Assembly: GCA_051251855.1 (NCBI GenBank)
Contig: JBPOGI010000002.1
Location: forward strand, 672,001 to 736,000
DNA length: 64,000 bases
Reading direction: 5' to 3'
DNA from: Roseibacillus sp.
GTDB taxonomy: Bacteria; Verrucomicrobiota; Verrucomicrobiia; Verrucomicrobiales; Akkermansiaceae
A program made the position numbers and the translations under genes. Positions 28,584-38,470 of the stretch are shown here, in pieces; the stretch's first letter is position 1; each line of letters starts with the position of its first letter. The notes under the pieces are model-generated. The model did not search any database, was not told the DNA's origin, and saw only the letters and a list, made by a program, of their open reading frames with translations.

Positions 28584-29996
28584 TTAGGCGTGCTCTAACA
28601 GGATGGTGTTGACGGGTCTGTCGTCTTGGAGAGTGTCGGAGACGACGATGACGGGGGTGCCGGGCTCCATGTTGCGCTCTTGCCGAAGAACCTCGATTCC
28701 CTTGGCGATGGTGAGCCGAGGGGTGGTTTCGAAGTCGATGGCGAAGGAGCGCACGCCTCGCGAAAGGGTAAGAAAGCGACGGACTTGTTCATCGGGAGTG
28801 AATGCAAAAATGGGGGAGCGTGGTCGCATGAGCGCGGTGTGGTGAGCAGTGGCTCCAGAGCGAGTGAAGACTGCCATCACTGCGCCAGGCATGGAGTCGG
28901 CAAGCTGGACGGCGGAGCGAATAGTTTTTTGTTTGTCTGTTTGGAGGGTAGATTTTTCGGCAAAGCCTAAGCCGCCTGAGCGTTCGATACGACGGGCGAC
29001 GCGGTTGAGGACTTCGAGGCACGCCACGGGGTATTTACCGATGGAGGTTTCGCCTGAGACCATGAGGGCGTCTGCTTCTTCGAAGACGGCGTTTGCGACG
29101 TCGGTGACTTCTGCTCGGGTGGGAGTAGGGTTGGAGATCATCGACTCCAGCATGTGGGTGGCGACGATGACGCGTTTGCCTTTTTCGAGGCAGCGCTTGA
29201 CGATTTTTCGCTGAAGAATGGGAAGCTCTTCGATGTGAACCTCGATGCCCAGATCGCCGCGGGCGACCATGATGACGTCGGAGGCTTCGATGATGGAGTC
29301 GAGGTTGCGCATCGCTTCCTGATCTTCGAGCTTAGAGATTACTTGAGCATGTCCCCCGAGGCGCTCGATTTCGGCTTTGAGTTCACGGACATGGCCAGCA
29401 TCACGCACGAAAGAACCGGCCACGAAGTCAGCTTGGCACTCGACGGCAAGGTCGAGGTCTTCGCGATCTTTTTCGGTAAGAGCAGGGAGGTTGAGACGAG
29501 TTCCGGGCAAGTTGATGTGTCGTCTGGAGCCGAGTTCGCCGGGGGTGTGATTGACCGCGACGAGATGATCTTCAGCGATGGACTCGACTTCCATGAGAAG
29601 GGTGCCGTTATCGACGATGAGTTTGTTGCCCACTTTGACGTCGTTGAGGAGGCCGCCGTAGTTGACGGTGGTGGAAATGGGGAGGGTGGGCTCGGCTTCT
29701 TCGATTCGAAACTCGACACGATCGTTTTCTTTCAGCTGATAAGGTTCGTCCAGAGTTCCGGTGCGGATAGAAGGGCCAGTGAGGTCAAAAAGGATGCCGA
29801 CAGGGTACTCGCAACCGACAGCGATGCGACGGATGCGACGGACAGTGTCTCGCGCGACTTCATGCTTGGCGTGGGACATATTGATGCGGAAGCAATCTGC
29901 GCCAGCATCAATGAGTGCTTTAATGGTTTCGTCGCTATCGGAGGCAGGGCCAAGGGTGGCGAGTAGGCGCGTGCGGCGCATGGTAACGGGCTTCAT
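28584..29996 (-). CDS. pyk: Pyruvate kinase
   Basis: ATLGPAS, RINMSH, MVARGDLG, ATHMLESM, PTRAEVTDVANA, SGETSIGKYP. Confidence 0.96.
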   Translation of the reverse strand: MKPVTMRRTRLLATLGPASDSDETIKALIDAGADCFRINMSHAKHEVARDTVRRIRRIAVGCEYPVGILFDLTGPSIRTGTLDEPYQLKENDRVEFRIEEAEPTLPISTTVNYGGLLNDVKVGNKLIVDNGTLLMEVESIAEDHLVAVNHTPGELGSRRHINLPGTRLNLPALTEKDREDLDLAVECQADFVAGSFVRDAGHVRELKAEIERLGGHAQVISKLEDQEAMRNLDSIIEASDVIMVARGDLGIEVHIEELPILQRKIVKRCLEKGKRVIVATHMLESMISNPTPTRAEVTDVANAVFEEADALMVSGETSIGKYPVACLEVLNRVARRIERSGGLGFAEKSTLQTDKQKTIRSAVQLADSMPGAVMAVFTRSGATAHHTALMRPRSPIFAFTPDEQVRRFLTLSRGVRSFAIDFETTPRLTIAKGIEVLRQERNMEPGTPVIVVSDTLQDDRPVNTILLEHA

Positions 29997-30240
29997 CTAA
30001 GAGAAGTCAAAAGCAATGCGGGGGCCATGCCGAGAAAGGATTGGGGCAGAGAGACATTTTTTGGCTTCTTGGGGACTGAAAATGAGGTTTAGCGCAGAGG
30101 ACGCAAAGACTATAAGTCGAAGAGGATTTTTCCCGTGATTTGCAAAGCTTAGCGTGCTTGGCGTTCCTTGTGGTGAGGAAATCGTGTCTGAGGCCCATCA
30201 AATAGGTGAAAATGCCCCGAAAAACCTTTCTCGATTGAGA

Positions 30241-30269
30241 TTGACAGGGGGAGGGGGAATTCCTAGCTT
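30241..30269 (+). promoter_or_regulatory. Sigma70-type promoter for rplM-rpsI
   Basis: TTGACA-N17-TAGCTT. Confidence 0.7.
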
Positions 30270-30334
30270 CCGCGCCCGCCTGCGCCGTGATGGCACAGGC
30301 TGAAAATGGTCTAAGAGCCTCTGCTCCCATAATT

Positions 30335-30787
30335 ATGAGTACATATACTAATTCACCAAAGACATTCGCAGCCAAGGCTGACGAGATCGAGCGCGCGTGG
30401 CATCTCATTGATGCAACCGACAAAGTTCTCGGCGATGTCGCTGTCGAAGCCGCCACTCTTTTGCGCGGTAAGCATAAGACAATTTTTACACCTCACGTTG
30501 ATTGCGGCGACCACGTTGTCATCATCAATGCTGAGAAAGCCCGTTTCACTGGAAACAAAGAGTGGCAGAAGATTTACACTCGCTACACCGGTTTCGTCGG
30601 TAATCAGAAGGTAGAGACTCCTCGCAAAGTGCGTGAGCGTCGTCCCGAGTTGCTCCTTGAGCGCGCGGTATGGGGAATGGTTCCTCACAACAAGTTGGGC
30701 CGTCAGATCATCAAAAAGTTGAAGGTTTGTGTCGGACCTGAGCATCCACACGAAGCTCAGAATCCTGTTCCTTACGAAGTCAAGTAA
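30335..30787 (+). CDS. rplM: 50S ribosomal protein L13
   Basis: WHLIDA, LRGKHK..FTPHVDCGD, HPHEAQNP; ATG 30335. Confidence 0.98.
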   Translation: MSTYTNSPKTFAAKADEIERAWHLIDATDKVLGDVAVEAATLLRGKHKTIFTPHVDCGDHVVIINAEKARFTGNKEWQKIYTRYTGFVGNQKVETPRKVRERRPELLLERAVWGMVPHNKLGRQIIKKLKVCVGPEHPHEAQNPVPYEVK

Positions 30788-30823
30788 CCCTCCCTTTCTT
30801 AAACACTTTTACTATTTAATCTG

Positions 30824-31219
30824 ATGGCAACTGCTACTGAATTTACTGCAACAGGCCGCCGCAAGACGGCTGTCGCTCGTGTCTACCTCACTGAAGGTTC
30901 CGGCAAAATCGAAATCAACGGACGTGGGTTCGAGGAGTATTTCGCAACTCTTCCTCTGCAAGGTCTCGTGCTTGAGCCTTTCCAGGTCGCAAGTTTGATG
31001 AACAAGTTTGATGTGCGCGTCACTACCAAGGGTGGTGGTCTCCACGGTCAAGCTGGTGCAGTGAAGCTCGCGATTGCGCGTTCCCTTCTCCAAGTTGACG
31101 CTGAGCTTCGTCCTGCGTTGAAGGCTGCGGGTCTTCTTCGTCGTGACCCACGTGCGAAAGAGCGTAAGAAAGCGGGTCAGCCCGGTGCTCGTAAGCGCTT
31201 CCAATTCTCCAAGCGTTAA
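30824..31219 (+). CDS. rpsI: 30S ribosomal protein S9
   Basis: TGRRKTAVARV, GGGLHGQAGA, ARKRFQFSKR. Confidence 0.98.
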   Translation: MATATEFTATGRRKTAVARVYLTEGSGKIEINGRGFEEYFATLPLQGLVLEPFQVASLMNKFDVRVTTKGGGLHGQAGAVKLAIARSLLQVDAELRPALKAAGLLRRDPRAKERKKAGQPGARKRFQFSKR

Positions 31220-31238
31220 TCGCTGGATGTTACTTTTT

Positions 31239-31274
31239 GAAAGGCCGCTACCCTTCGTGGGTGGCGGCTTTTTT
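31239..31274 (+). terminator. Intrinsic terminator after rpsI
   Basis: AAGGCCGCTACCC-TTCGT-GGGTGGCGGCTT followed by a T-run. Confidence 0.85.
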
Positions 31275-31280
31275 CATATA

Positions 31281-31432
31281 GGAGCGTGGCTTTTTAAGCC
31301 GCCTCAACGGACCGTCACTACGGACCAGCTCGACGGACCAGTTCGACGGACCAGTTCGACGGACCAGCTCGACGGACCAGTTCGACGGTCCAGTTCGACG
31401 GTCCAGCTCTGCGGCTTGAAAAGCCACGCTCC
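31281..31432. repeat. Family A inverted REP doublet enclosing seven tandem 13-mers
   Basis: Terminal inverted repeats as at 6269-6413; (CGACGGWCCAGYT)x7 at 31318-31408. Confidence 0.9.
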
Positions 31433-31436
31433 CGTT

Positions 31437-32441
31437 CTACCAGCGGTAGGGTTCGGGGGCCCAGCGGTAGCCGTTGCCGGATTTGACGATGTAGCCGATG
31501 CCTGGGAAGGGGAGGTGGAAGCCGTAGCAGCGGGTGCCTTTCTCGGCGGCCTCGGCCCAGAAGACTTTGCGGGTATCGACGGCTTGCTTGGGATGATGAT
31601 CGAAGGCGATGGTCCAGTTAGGATCCGCAAACATGAGGAGATCATGATGGGCGAGGTCCATGAGGTGAAGGAACTCTTCGTCGCCAGACTTGATGCGAAA
31701 GGCGGCGTGACCTGCGGAGTGACCGGGAGCAGGTTCGATAGTGACGAGGCCGTCGAGAAGGGTGGTCTTCTCTTGAGGATGGGGCTTGAGAACGCTTTCG
31801 AGGATGTCGAAGTGCTTTCGAACCGTTTTGATCATGTTCGGAAGATTATTTCTATTTCGCTTGGTTTCGGAGAAATCAGGTTCGGGAGAGCGCCAGAAAT
31901 CGAGTTCCGATCTTAAGAGGTGAAGCTCGGCGTTGGGGAAGACTGCTTTGTTGTCGCGTGCGAATCCGTTGAGGTGGTCACTGTGGGAGTGGCTCAGGAA
32001 GGCCGCGGTGACCGAGTCGGTGGGGATGCCGGCGAGGGCGAGACCACTCGTGAGCCAGCCCATGCGATCATTTTCTTCTCCCCCAAAGCCAGCGTCGAAG
32101 ATGACGGTTTCCTTGTCGGTGCGCACGACGAGGATGTTGGCGTAGAGAGGGAGAGCCTCGTTGAGTTTACGGCCTTCTGATTGCACGAGCTTCTCCATCT
32201 CGGGACGGTCTTCTTCGGGCCACATCAAGCCGATCCCTTTGCCGATGAAGAAAAAGGCATCGGAGATGGACCAGGCTTCGGCATCGCCGATCTGAAACTT
32301 GTAAATGTGGGGTGCTCCGTGAATGAGCGGTGAGGTAGGAGTGGTGCCTTTGGTCTCCTCTTGTCCTGAGGAGAGAGCGGCGAGACCTAAGCTGGAACCG
32401 AGAGAGGTGGTGAGAAATTGACGGCGATTGGCGCTGGGCAT
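31437..32441 (-). CDS. Tat-exported MBL-fold metallo-hydrolase
   Basis: NRRQFL; FDAG, SHSHSDH, PGHSAGH, FHLPFPG. Confidence 0.9.
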   Translation of the reverse strand: MPSANRRQFLTTSLGSSLGLAALSSGQEETKGTTPTSPLIHGAPHIYKFQIGDAEAWSISDAFFFIGKGIGLMWPEEDRPEMEKLVQSEGRKLNEALPLYANILVVRTDKETVIFDAGFGGEENDRMGWLTSGLALAGIPTDSVTAAFLSHSHSDHLNGFARDNKAVFPNAELHLLRSELDFWRSPEPDFSETKRNRNNLPNMIKTVRKHFDILESVLKPHPQEKTTLLDGLVTIEPAPGHSAGHAAFRIKSGDEEFLHLMDLAHHDLLMFADPNWTIAFDHHPKQAVDTRKVFWAEAAEKGTRCYGFHLPFPGIGYIVKSGNGYRWAPEPYRW

Positions 32442-32544
32442 CTTATCTCTACGAAACCGCGCAGCCTTATCTTCCGCAAGAAAATTGCGGAGGCGGGACA
32501 GCTTGTAGGCTTGCCTCAGTTTCTCACTGGCTAGACTGAGCGGT

Positions 32545-33303
32545 ATGAAACTGATTTCTTGGAATGTGAATGGAGTTCGTGCCTGCCTGAAGAAGGGGTT
32601 GGCTGATTTTTTGGCTGCAGAGAATCCGGATGTGCTTTGTTTGCAAGAGACGAAGGCGCGTGAGGAGCAGGTGGAGTTGCCGCTAGAGTTTGGAGGGTAT
32701 CGTTCCTATTGGAATAGTGCCGAGAAGGCGGGTTACTCGGGGACTGCGATTTTCACGAAGACGGAGCCGATTTCGGTTACCCATGGATTGGGGATTGCGG
32801 AGCATGATACCGAGGGGCGTGTTTTGACGGCGGAGTATGAAGGGTTTTACCTAGTGACGGTTTATACGCCGAACTCTAAAGACGGGCTGCTGCGGCTTCC
32901 TTATCGGCAAGTGTGGGACGCGGCCTTTTTGGATTTTTGTAAGGAATTAGAGACGAGGAAGCCGGTGATTTTTTGTGGAGACTTGAATGTGGCTCATACT
33001 GAAATTGATTTGGCGCGTCCGAGTTCGAATCATAAGAGCGCGGGGTTTAGTGATGAAGAGAGGGCGGGGTTTGATGCCATGATCGAGGCGGGGTTTGTGG
33101 ATAGTTTTCGAGTGGAAAATCCGGGGGTGGAAGGGGCGTATTCTTGGTGGTCGTATCGGGGAGGGGCTCGTTCGCGGAATGTGGGCTGGCGTTTGGATTA
33201 CTTTAATGTGAGTGGCAAATTCGTTGAGAAGACGAAAGAGCCTGTTATCTACAATGAAGTGTTAGGTTCGGACCATTGTCCAGTGGGCTTGACGGTGGAG
33301 TAG
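32545..33303 (+). CDS. xth: Exodeoxyribonuclease III / AP endonuclease
   Basis: ISWNVNG, LCLQETK, GDLNVAH, GWRLDY, SDHCP. Confidence 0.96.
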   Translation: MKLISWNVNGVRACLKKGLADFLAAENPDVLCLQETKAREEQVELPLEFGGYRSYWNSAEKAGYSGTAIFTKTEPISVTHGLGIAEHDTEGRVLTAEYEGFYLVTVYTPNSKDGLLRLPYRQVWDAAFLDFCKELETRKPVIFCGDLNVAHTEIDLARPSSNHKSAGFSDEERAGFDAMIEAGFVDSFRVENPGVEGAYSWWSYRGGARSRNVGWRLDYFNVSGKFVEKTKEPVIYNEVLGSDHCPVGLTVE

Positions 33304-33477
33304 ATGCGGTTGGTTGTCCTTTTGTTCAGGGGATTGTTATGCACTAAAGCGCACTTGGTTTTATTCAAAAATTGTGAGGAAAAAATTCGCAATTAGATTG
33401 AATAAAAGAGTGTTAAAAAAATTGCGACTCTTCGGAAAAACGTTCGTTAAATGGGGTGCTGATAAGGCAATAATACT

Positions 33478-33816
33478 ATGAACAAAAACAAAACTATTAT
33501 CGGAATCATCCTCTCTGGAATCCTCGCTGTAGGAGCTCAAGCTCGTCCCAATGACTCAAGAAAAAGTGACTCGCGTAATTCTCGGAGCCAAGCACCTTTG
33601 GTGCAGACGCAGAAGAAAGGGAAGGTGCAAAGCTACTCTCGAGGTCACTCAAAGGGCTACGGGCGAACTTATAATTCCCGCTCTGTAAGACCTGTTGCTC
33701 GGTTGCCTCGCAACTCCAAGCGCGTTTCGTTTCGTGGGGTGACCTTCTATGTTTCTAACGGGGTTTGCTACCAGCCCGCTCGCGGGGGATATGTTTCAGT
33801 GCGACGTCCTTGGTAG
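33478..33816 (+). CDS. Small basic secreted hypothetical protein
   Basis: Signal peptide (AVGAQA); RLP..V..RGVTFYVSNGVCY; followed by a terminator. Confidence 0.7.
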   Translation: MNKNKTIIGIILSGILAVGAQARPNDSRKSDSRNSRSQAPLVQTQKKGKVQSYSRGHSKGYGRTYNSRSVRPVARLPRNSKRVSFRGVTFYVSNGVCYQPARGGYVSVRRPW

Positions 33817-33847
33817 AAACGAGAAGTGAACCGTTTACCTGATTTCT

Positions 33848-33881
33848 AAGCCTGGTCTCTTTTGGGAGGCTGGGCTTTTTT
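33848..33881 (+). terminator. Intrinsic terminator
   Basis: AAGCCTGGTCTC...GAGGCTGGGCTT followed by a T-run. Confidence 0.7.
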
Positions 33882-33889
33882 CGGTAGGA

Positions 33890-33987
33890 CTGGGAGCGCT
33901 AGTCTTTGACCGGGTTCAACGAAAGAGGGCGACGAAACGGAGCGAAGAAACGGACCAGTGGGGCTGGTCAAAGACCGGCGCTCCTAG
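33890..33987. repeat. Inverted REP doublet, family B
   Basis: CTGGGAGCGCTAGTCTTTGACCGG ... CTGGTCAAAGACCGGCGCTCCTAG. Confidence 0.75.
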
Positions 33988-34009
33988 TGACGCTCGCAGT
34001 GACGTTCGT

Positions 34010-35284
34010 TTAGGCGATGGTGTCGCTGCCGAAGTATTTCTGCAGGGGTTCGGGCACGGTGATGGTGCCGTCAGCATTTTGATATTGCTCGATGAGAGCG
34101 ACCATCAAACGGGGAAGGGCTGTTCCGGAACCATTGAGAGTGTGGCAGAAGTTGTTTTTCCCGTCGGCATCTTTATAGCGCAGCTTCATGCGGCGTGCTT
34201 GGTAGTCGCCAAAGTTTGAGCAGCTCGAGACTTCGAGATATTTTCCGTGGCCTGGAGCCCAAACCTCGATGTCGTAGGTTTGGCAGGCACTGAATCCGAC
34301 GTCGCCGGTGCAGAGTTCGATAACGCGGTAGTGAAGACCGAGAGATTGAAGAGCGCTTTCGGCATGGCCGGTCAGCTCTTCTAACACTGCGGCAGACTTT
34401 TCGGGATGAGCCAACTGCACGAGTTCGATTTTGTCGAACTGGTGCATACGGATGATGCCTTTGTTGTCGCGACCTGCAGAACCAGCTTCGCGGCGGAAGC
34501 AGGGGGTGTGGGCGGTCATTTTGACTGGGAGCTGGTCCTCGGCCAAAATGGTGTCGCGATAGAGGTTGGTGACGGGGACCTCGGCAGTGGGCGCGAGGAA
34601 GGTTTGACCGTCGTTGAGGCCATACATGTCGTCTTCGAATTTTGGCAACTGTCCGGTGCCGAACATGCACTCACGATTGATGAGGTGAGGGACGTTGACT
34701 TCCTCGTAACCGTTGGTCTCAGTTTGAAGGTCTAACAGATACTGAATGAGGGCCCGTTGAAGCTTGGCTCCTTGGCCACGATAGACCGCAAAACCGCTGC
34801 CGGCGATACGCACGGCGTCTTCAAAGGAAATGATTCCAAGTCCCTCTGCGAGTTCCACGTGATCCTTGGCATCTGCGATCTCCTTTTTCTCTCCCCATTC
34901 GCGGAGGACGGGATTGGCGTCTTCGTCTTCGCCGATGGGGCAGCCTTCATGAGGAAGGTTGGGAATGGAGAGGAGGAGGGCCATCTGATGTTCTTCGGCC
35001 TCGTTGGATTGCTCGTCGAGGACGCTGATTTTGTCGCCAATGATGCGGACTTGCTCTTTGATGGCTTCGGCTTCGTCGGCTTTGCCTTGACCCATGAGGG
35101 CTCCGATTTGCTTGGAAAGGGTTTTGCGCTCGGACTGGAAACCCTGCTTGTCGGTTTCGGCTTTGCGGCGGGTTTCGTCGTAGGCGAGAACCTTGTCCAC
35201 AAGGGTGTGTGGGTCGCCTCCACGGGTGCGGACGCGGTCTTTGACGAAGTCTGGTTGTTCGCGAAGGAGCTTGATGTCGAGCAT
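34010..35284 (-). CDS. serS: Serine--tRNA ligase
   Basis: MLDIKLLR, GTGQLPKF, PTAEVP, CFRREAGS, EVSSCSN, HTLNGSG. Confidence 0.98.
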   Translation of the reverse strand: MLDIKLLREQPDFVKDRVRTRGGDPHTLVDKVLAYDETRRKAETDKQGFQSERKTLSKQIGALMGQGKADEAEAIKEQVRIIGDKISVLDEQSNEAEEHQMALLLSIPNLPHEGCPIGEDEDANPVLREWGEKKEIADAKDHVELAEGLGIISFEDAVRIAGSGFAVYRGQGAKLQRALIQYLLDLQTETNGYEEVNVPHLINRECMFGTGQLPKFEDDMYGLNDGQTFLAPTAEVPVTNLYRDTILAEDQLPVKMTAHTPCFRREAGSAGRDNKGIIRMHQFDKIELVQLAHPEKSAAVLEELTGHAESALQSLGLHYRVIELCTGDVGFSACQTYDIEVWAPGHGKYLEVSSCSNFGDYQARRMKLRYKDADGKNNFCHTLNGSGTALPRLMVALIEQYQNADGTITVPEPLQKYFGSDTIA

Positions 35285-35383
35285 TACGCGGCGGTTTAAA
35301 CATGAAATGGGGCCAGATTCACGAATTTGTTTGCCTTAAATAGGCGTTGTCGGGAACGAATTGGGCACTAACCTAAGCGGGGA

Positions 35384-36076
35384 ATGAACTGGCGTTGGTT
35401 TCAATACTTCTTTGCGATAGCAGCGGCGGTGGCTCCTTTGTTGGGGGTCTTCTTCTGGGGCTGGAATGCGCGTGAGGTGGTGTTAATCTATTGGTTCGAG
35501 AACTTGGTGATCGGCTTTTGGCAGTTGATGAAGATGGCGGCAGTGGGAGGCCTAAAGATGAAAATGGGAGGTCCCTTCGCGGCGCCGGGAGTCATCTTTA
35601 CGATGCTCTTTTTTGCGATGCACTACGGAGGTTTTTGCGCAGGGCACGGGGTGTTTGTGCTGGAGTTAACGGATGCAGGAGAAACCGGAGGAGCGATGGA
35701 GGTTCTCGATATGAAGAACTTGAAGGTGTTCTTGGGTCCTTTGGTGTTTTTGCAGATGCTCTACCTAGTGGCGCTGCAGGCTTGGGAGTCTCTTCCGGTG
35801 GCGAGCCTTTGGTCAGTGGCGTCGCTTTTTGCGATGCGGGGGCTGGGCTTTTTTCAGGACTTTATTTTCTCAGGTAAGTGGAAGGAGGCGCAGGTTCAGA
35901 AGCTGATGTTCGAGCCTTACAAGAATATCATTGCGCTCCATATTGCGATTGTCTTTGGGGCGGGGTTGGCAATGGCCTTCGAGGGGGCATGGCCGGTACT
36001 GGCGCTGATTGTAGTCGGGAAGCTGGTGATGGACTTTGTGAGCCTGCGGAAGCAGGAGGTGGAGTTGGGGAATTAA
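35384..36076 (+). CDS. Multi-pass membrane protein (DUF6498-like)
   Basis: GW..REVVLIYWFENLVIG, FFAMHYGGFC, MFEPYKNIIALH. Confidence 0.75.
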   Translation: MNWRWFQYFFAIAAAVAPLLGVFFWGWNAREVVLIYWFENLVIGFWQLMKMAAVGGLKMKMGGPFAAPGVIFTMLFFAMHYGGFCAGHGVFVLELTDAGETGGAMEVLDMKNLKVFLGPLVFLQMLYLVALQAWESLPVASLWSVASLFAMRGLGFFQDFIFSGKWKEAQVQKLMFEPYKNIIALHIAIVFGAGLAMAFEGAWPVLALIVVGKLVMDFVSLRKQEVELGN

Positions 36077-37101
36077 GGAGCGTGTTCTCGCTGTCCGATT
36101 TGTTCGATAGCCCACTCGGCGTGTTCGGAGATGAGTTCGTCGGGGTCTTGGGTGGCTTGTCGAAGGGCGGGGAGGTCGTCGGTGGTGCCGGTGTTGCCAA
36201 GGGCGACGCAGACGTTGCGGAGGAAGCGGGGGCGTTTGGAGCGCTTGATGGGGGATTTGCTGAAGAGGCTGCGGAATTCGAGGTCGCTGAGAGCGAGGAA
36301 GTCGCGCAGGCTGTGGTCGAAAATGGTCTCTCGGGCGTGGAGCTGGGTTTCTTGAGAGACTTTTGCGAAGCGGTTCCAAGGGCAGATGGTGAGGCAGTCG
36401 TCGCAGCCGTAGATGCGGTCGCCCATCATGGGGCGGAGTTCGAGGGGGATGGGGCCTTTGTGCTCGATTGTGAGGTAGGAGATGCAGCGTCGCGCATCCA
36501 TGGAGTGGGGGGAAGTGATGGCTTGGGTAGGGCAGGCGTCGATGCAGGCGGTGCATTTGCCGCAGTGGTCGTTCTCGGGCTTGTCGATGGGGAGGGAGAG
36601 GGTGGTGAGGAGGTCGGCGAGGAAGAACCAGGTGCCGAGGCCCCGATGGATTTGGACGGTGGATTTTCCGTTCCAGCCGAGGCCTGCTTCGTTGGCGAAG
36701 TCGCGTTCGAGGACGGGGCCGGTGTCGGTGTAGTAGCGTTGGGTTCCACCGTGTTGTTCGAGGAAGGTGTTGAGTTCGCGGAGACGGGGAGTGATGATGT
36801 CGTGGTAATCGCGGTTCCAAGAGTAGGATGCGATGCGGTAGTTGGCGGGCGGGTGTGGCCCGGTGTGGTAGTTGAAGGCCATCACGACGACGGACTGACA
36901 GCCGGGGAGGACGATGCGCGGGTCGGAGCGGCGCTCGGGGTCGCGCTCCAGCCAAGTCATGTCGCCGTGCTTGCCGTCCTTGATCCAATCCTGGTAGGCA
37001 TCGGCGTGGGGGGCGCGAAGAGCGGGTGCGACTCGGAGGTCTGCGAAACCGAGTTCGCGGGACTTTTCGGTGAGAAGGGATTTGAGTTCGGCTGGGTCGA
37101 T
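36073..37101 (-). CDS. queG: tRNA epoxyqueuosine(34) reductase; extended upstream of the tracked ATG to a probable ATC start
   Basis: DTGPVLER, CGKCTACIDACPT, RCISYLTIE, GCDDCLTICPWN. The frame stays open 47 codons upstream of ATG 36960 with a QueG-like N-terminus. Confidence 0.9.
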   Translation of the reverse strand: MDPAELKSLLTEKSRELGFADLRVAPALRAPHADAYQDWIKDGKHGDMTWLERDPERRSDPRIVLPGCQSVVVMAFNYHTGPHPPANYRIASYSWNRDYHDIITPRLRELNTFLEQHGGTQRYYTDTGPVLERDFANEAGLGWNGKSTVQIHRGLGTWFFLADLLTTLSLPIDKPENDHCGKCTACIDACPTQAITSPHSMDARRCISYLTIEHKGPIPLELRPMMGDRIYGCDDCLTICPWNRFAKVSQETQLHARETIFDHSLRDFLALSDLEFRSLFSKSPIKRSKRPRFLRNVCVALGNTGTTDDLPALRQATQDPDELISEHAEWAIEQIGQREHAP

Positions 37102-37227
37102 GAGGGGACTCTAACCTGAGAGGATGGGGGAGTGGAGAGCGAATTTTGGTCAGGTGCTGTGGGGTGACTTGTTTTTTACGGGAAGTGGAGGGAAGCTATC
37201 ACTGTGGGAAACGGCGAGCAGGTTTTT

Positions 37228-38439
37228 TTGAAACGAAATTGGAAGAGATTGCTTCTTGGCTATCTCGCAGCGCTTGGGGCTTCTCAACTCTACCTCGGGT
37301 TGCGGGGGGAGAATGATTCGGTGGAAAGTGAAACTTCGGTTGAGACTCCGGATGGAGTGCTAGCTTATCATGAGTGGGGTGAGCGGGAAGGGGTGCCGTT
37401 GATTCTTTCCCATGGCAGCCCCAGTGGGGGTGGGGGCGGTGACTTTGAGGAGTTCGCGATTGAGTTGGCAAAGGAGCGTTGGGTGATTGCGCCTGATCGG
37501 CTGGGCTTCGGTCGTTCGTCAAAGAGTGCCAAGGATCTTTCTTTTTTAGCGGATGCGTCTTCCACCTTTGTGCTCATGGATGAGCTTGGGATTGAGACGG
37601 CGGATGTGATGGGATGGTCGTATGGAGGCGGGGTGGTTTTGGAGATGGCGTCTCGGAGACCCGAGCGAGTGCGAAGTGTGGGTTTGTTGGGAGCGATTGG
37701 GATTCAGGAGGGTGAAGGCAGTGGCAGTTATTGGGTCGAGCATCTCAAGTATAAGGCTTTGTGGGGGGCGCTGGTTGCTTTGCCGGAAGTGATTCCGCAT
37801 TTTGGGTTGGCAGGACCGCGTTGGTTTCGGCGGTCGTTTGTGAAGGATTTTGCGGATGCGGACCAACGGCCTTTACGAGGGATTATGAAGTCTTTGAAGC
37901 AACCGGTGCTGATCGTTCATGGAAAGGACGATCCCTTAGTACCGGCTTGGGCTGCGGAGGAGCATCATGAGCTTCTTGGGCAGAGTCGGCTGGAAATTCT
38001 CGCGGGGTCTCATTTTTTCCCCGCGGGTGGAGAGGGAATGGAGTCTGCGGCGAAAGCCGTGGAAGGGTTCTTAGGGGAAGTGTCGGAAGAGAGGGTGGTT
38101 TCGGGGAGTCGTTACGAAACTAAGCGAAAGAATATGAAGGCGCTCTGGGAGGGAGGACCGGAAGTCCGGGGTTGGAAGCCTTGGTGGCTGGTGATGGGGT
38201 TGAGCGCGGCTTTGGCTTGGTGGCGACCGCGGTTGACTTTGTTTATCGTGGCCTTGGGTGGAGGGCTGCTGATGTGGGATGCGGTGATTGGGTTTGTGGC
38301 GGTTTTTGGGGCTTTAGGTGGGAGGAAGTTCTTCGGAAAGCCTCTTGAGAAGCCAAGGTCGCGATGGTTTCCGATGCACCTCTTTTTCGATTTGGTGGCA
38401 GGGAGTTTAATTGGGGGCATGTTGCTGGCGGCTTTGTGA
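37228..38439 (+). CDS. Alpha/beta hydrolase with membrane segments
   Basis: SHGSP, APDRLGFGRS, GWSYGG nucleophile elbow, HGKDDPLVP; likely TTG start at 37228. Confidence 0.85.
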   Translation: MKRNWKRLLLGYLAALGASQLYLGLRGENDSVESETSVETPDGVLAYHEWGEREGVPLILSHGSPSGGGGGDFEEFAIELAKERWVIAPDRLGFGRSSKSAKDLSFLADASSTFVLMDELGIETADVMGWSYGGGVVLEMASRRPERVRSVGLLGAIGIQEGEGSGSYWVEHLKYKALWGALVALPEVIPHFGLAGPRWFRRSFVKDFADADQRPLRGIMKSLKQPVLIVHGKDDPLVPAWAAEEHHELLGQSRLEILAGSHFFPAGGEGMESAAKAVEGFLGEVSEERVVSGSRYETKRKNMKALWEGGPEVRGWKPWWLVMGLSAALAWWRPRLTLFIVALGGGLLMWDAVIGFVAVFGALGGRKFFGKPLEKPRSRWFPMHLFFDLVAGSLIGGMLLAAL

Positions 38440-38470
38440 AGCAGCCTTGAGGCGGGAGAGTCCCAATTAT

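Noticed and set aside
31305..31408. 13-bp repeats as a CRISPR array
   Set aside because: Contiguous tandem units without spacers, too short, and no cas genes.
34010..35284. serS as part of a selenocysteine locus
   Set aside because: SerRS does charge tRNA-Sec, but it is a universal gene 4.5 kb away with unrelated genes between; I found no selA/B/C/D in the window.
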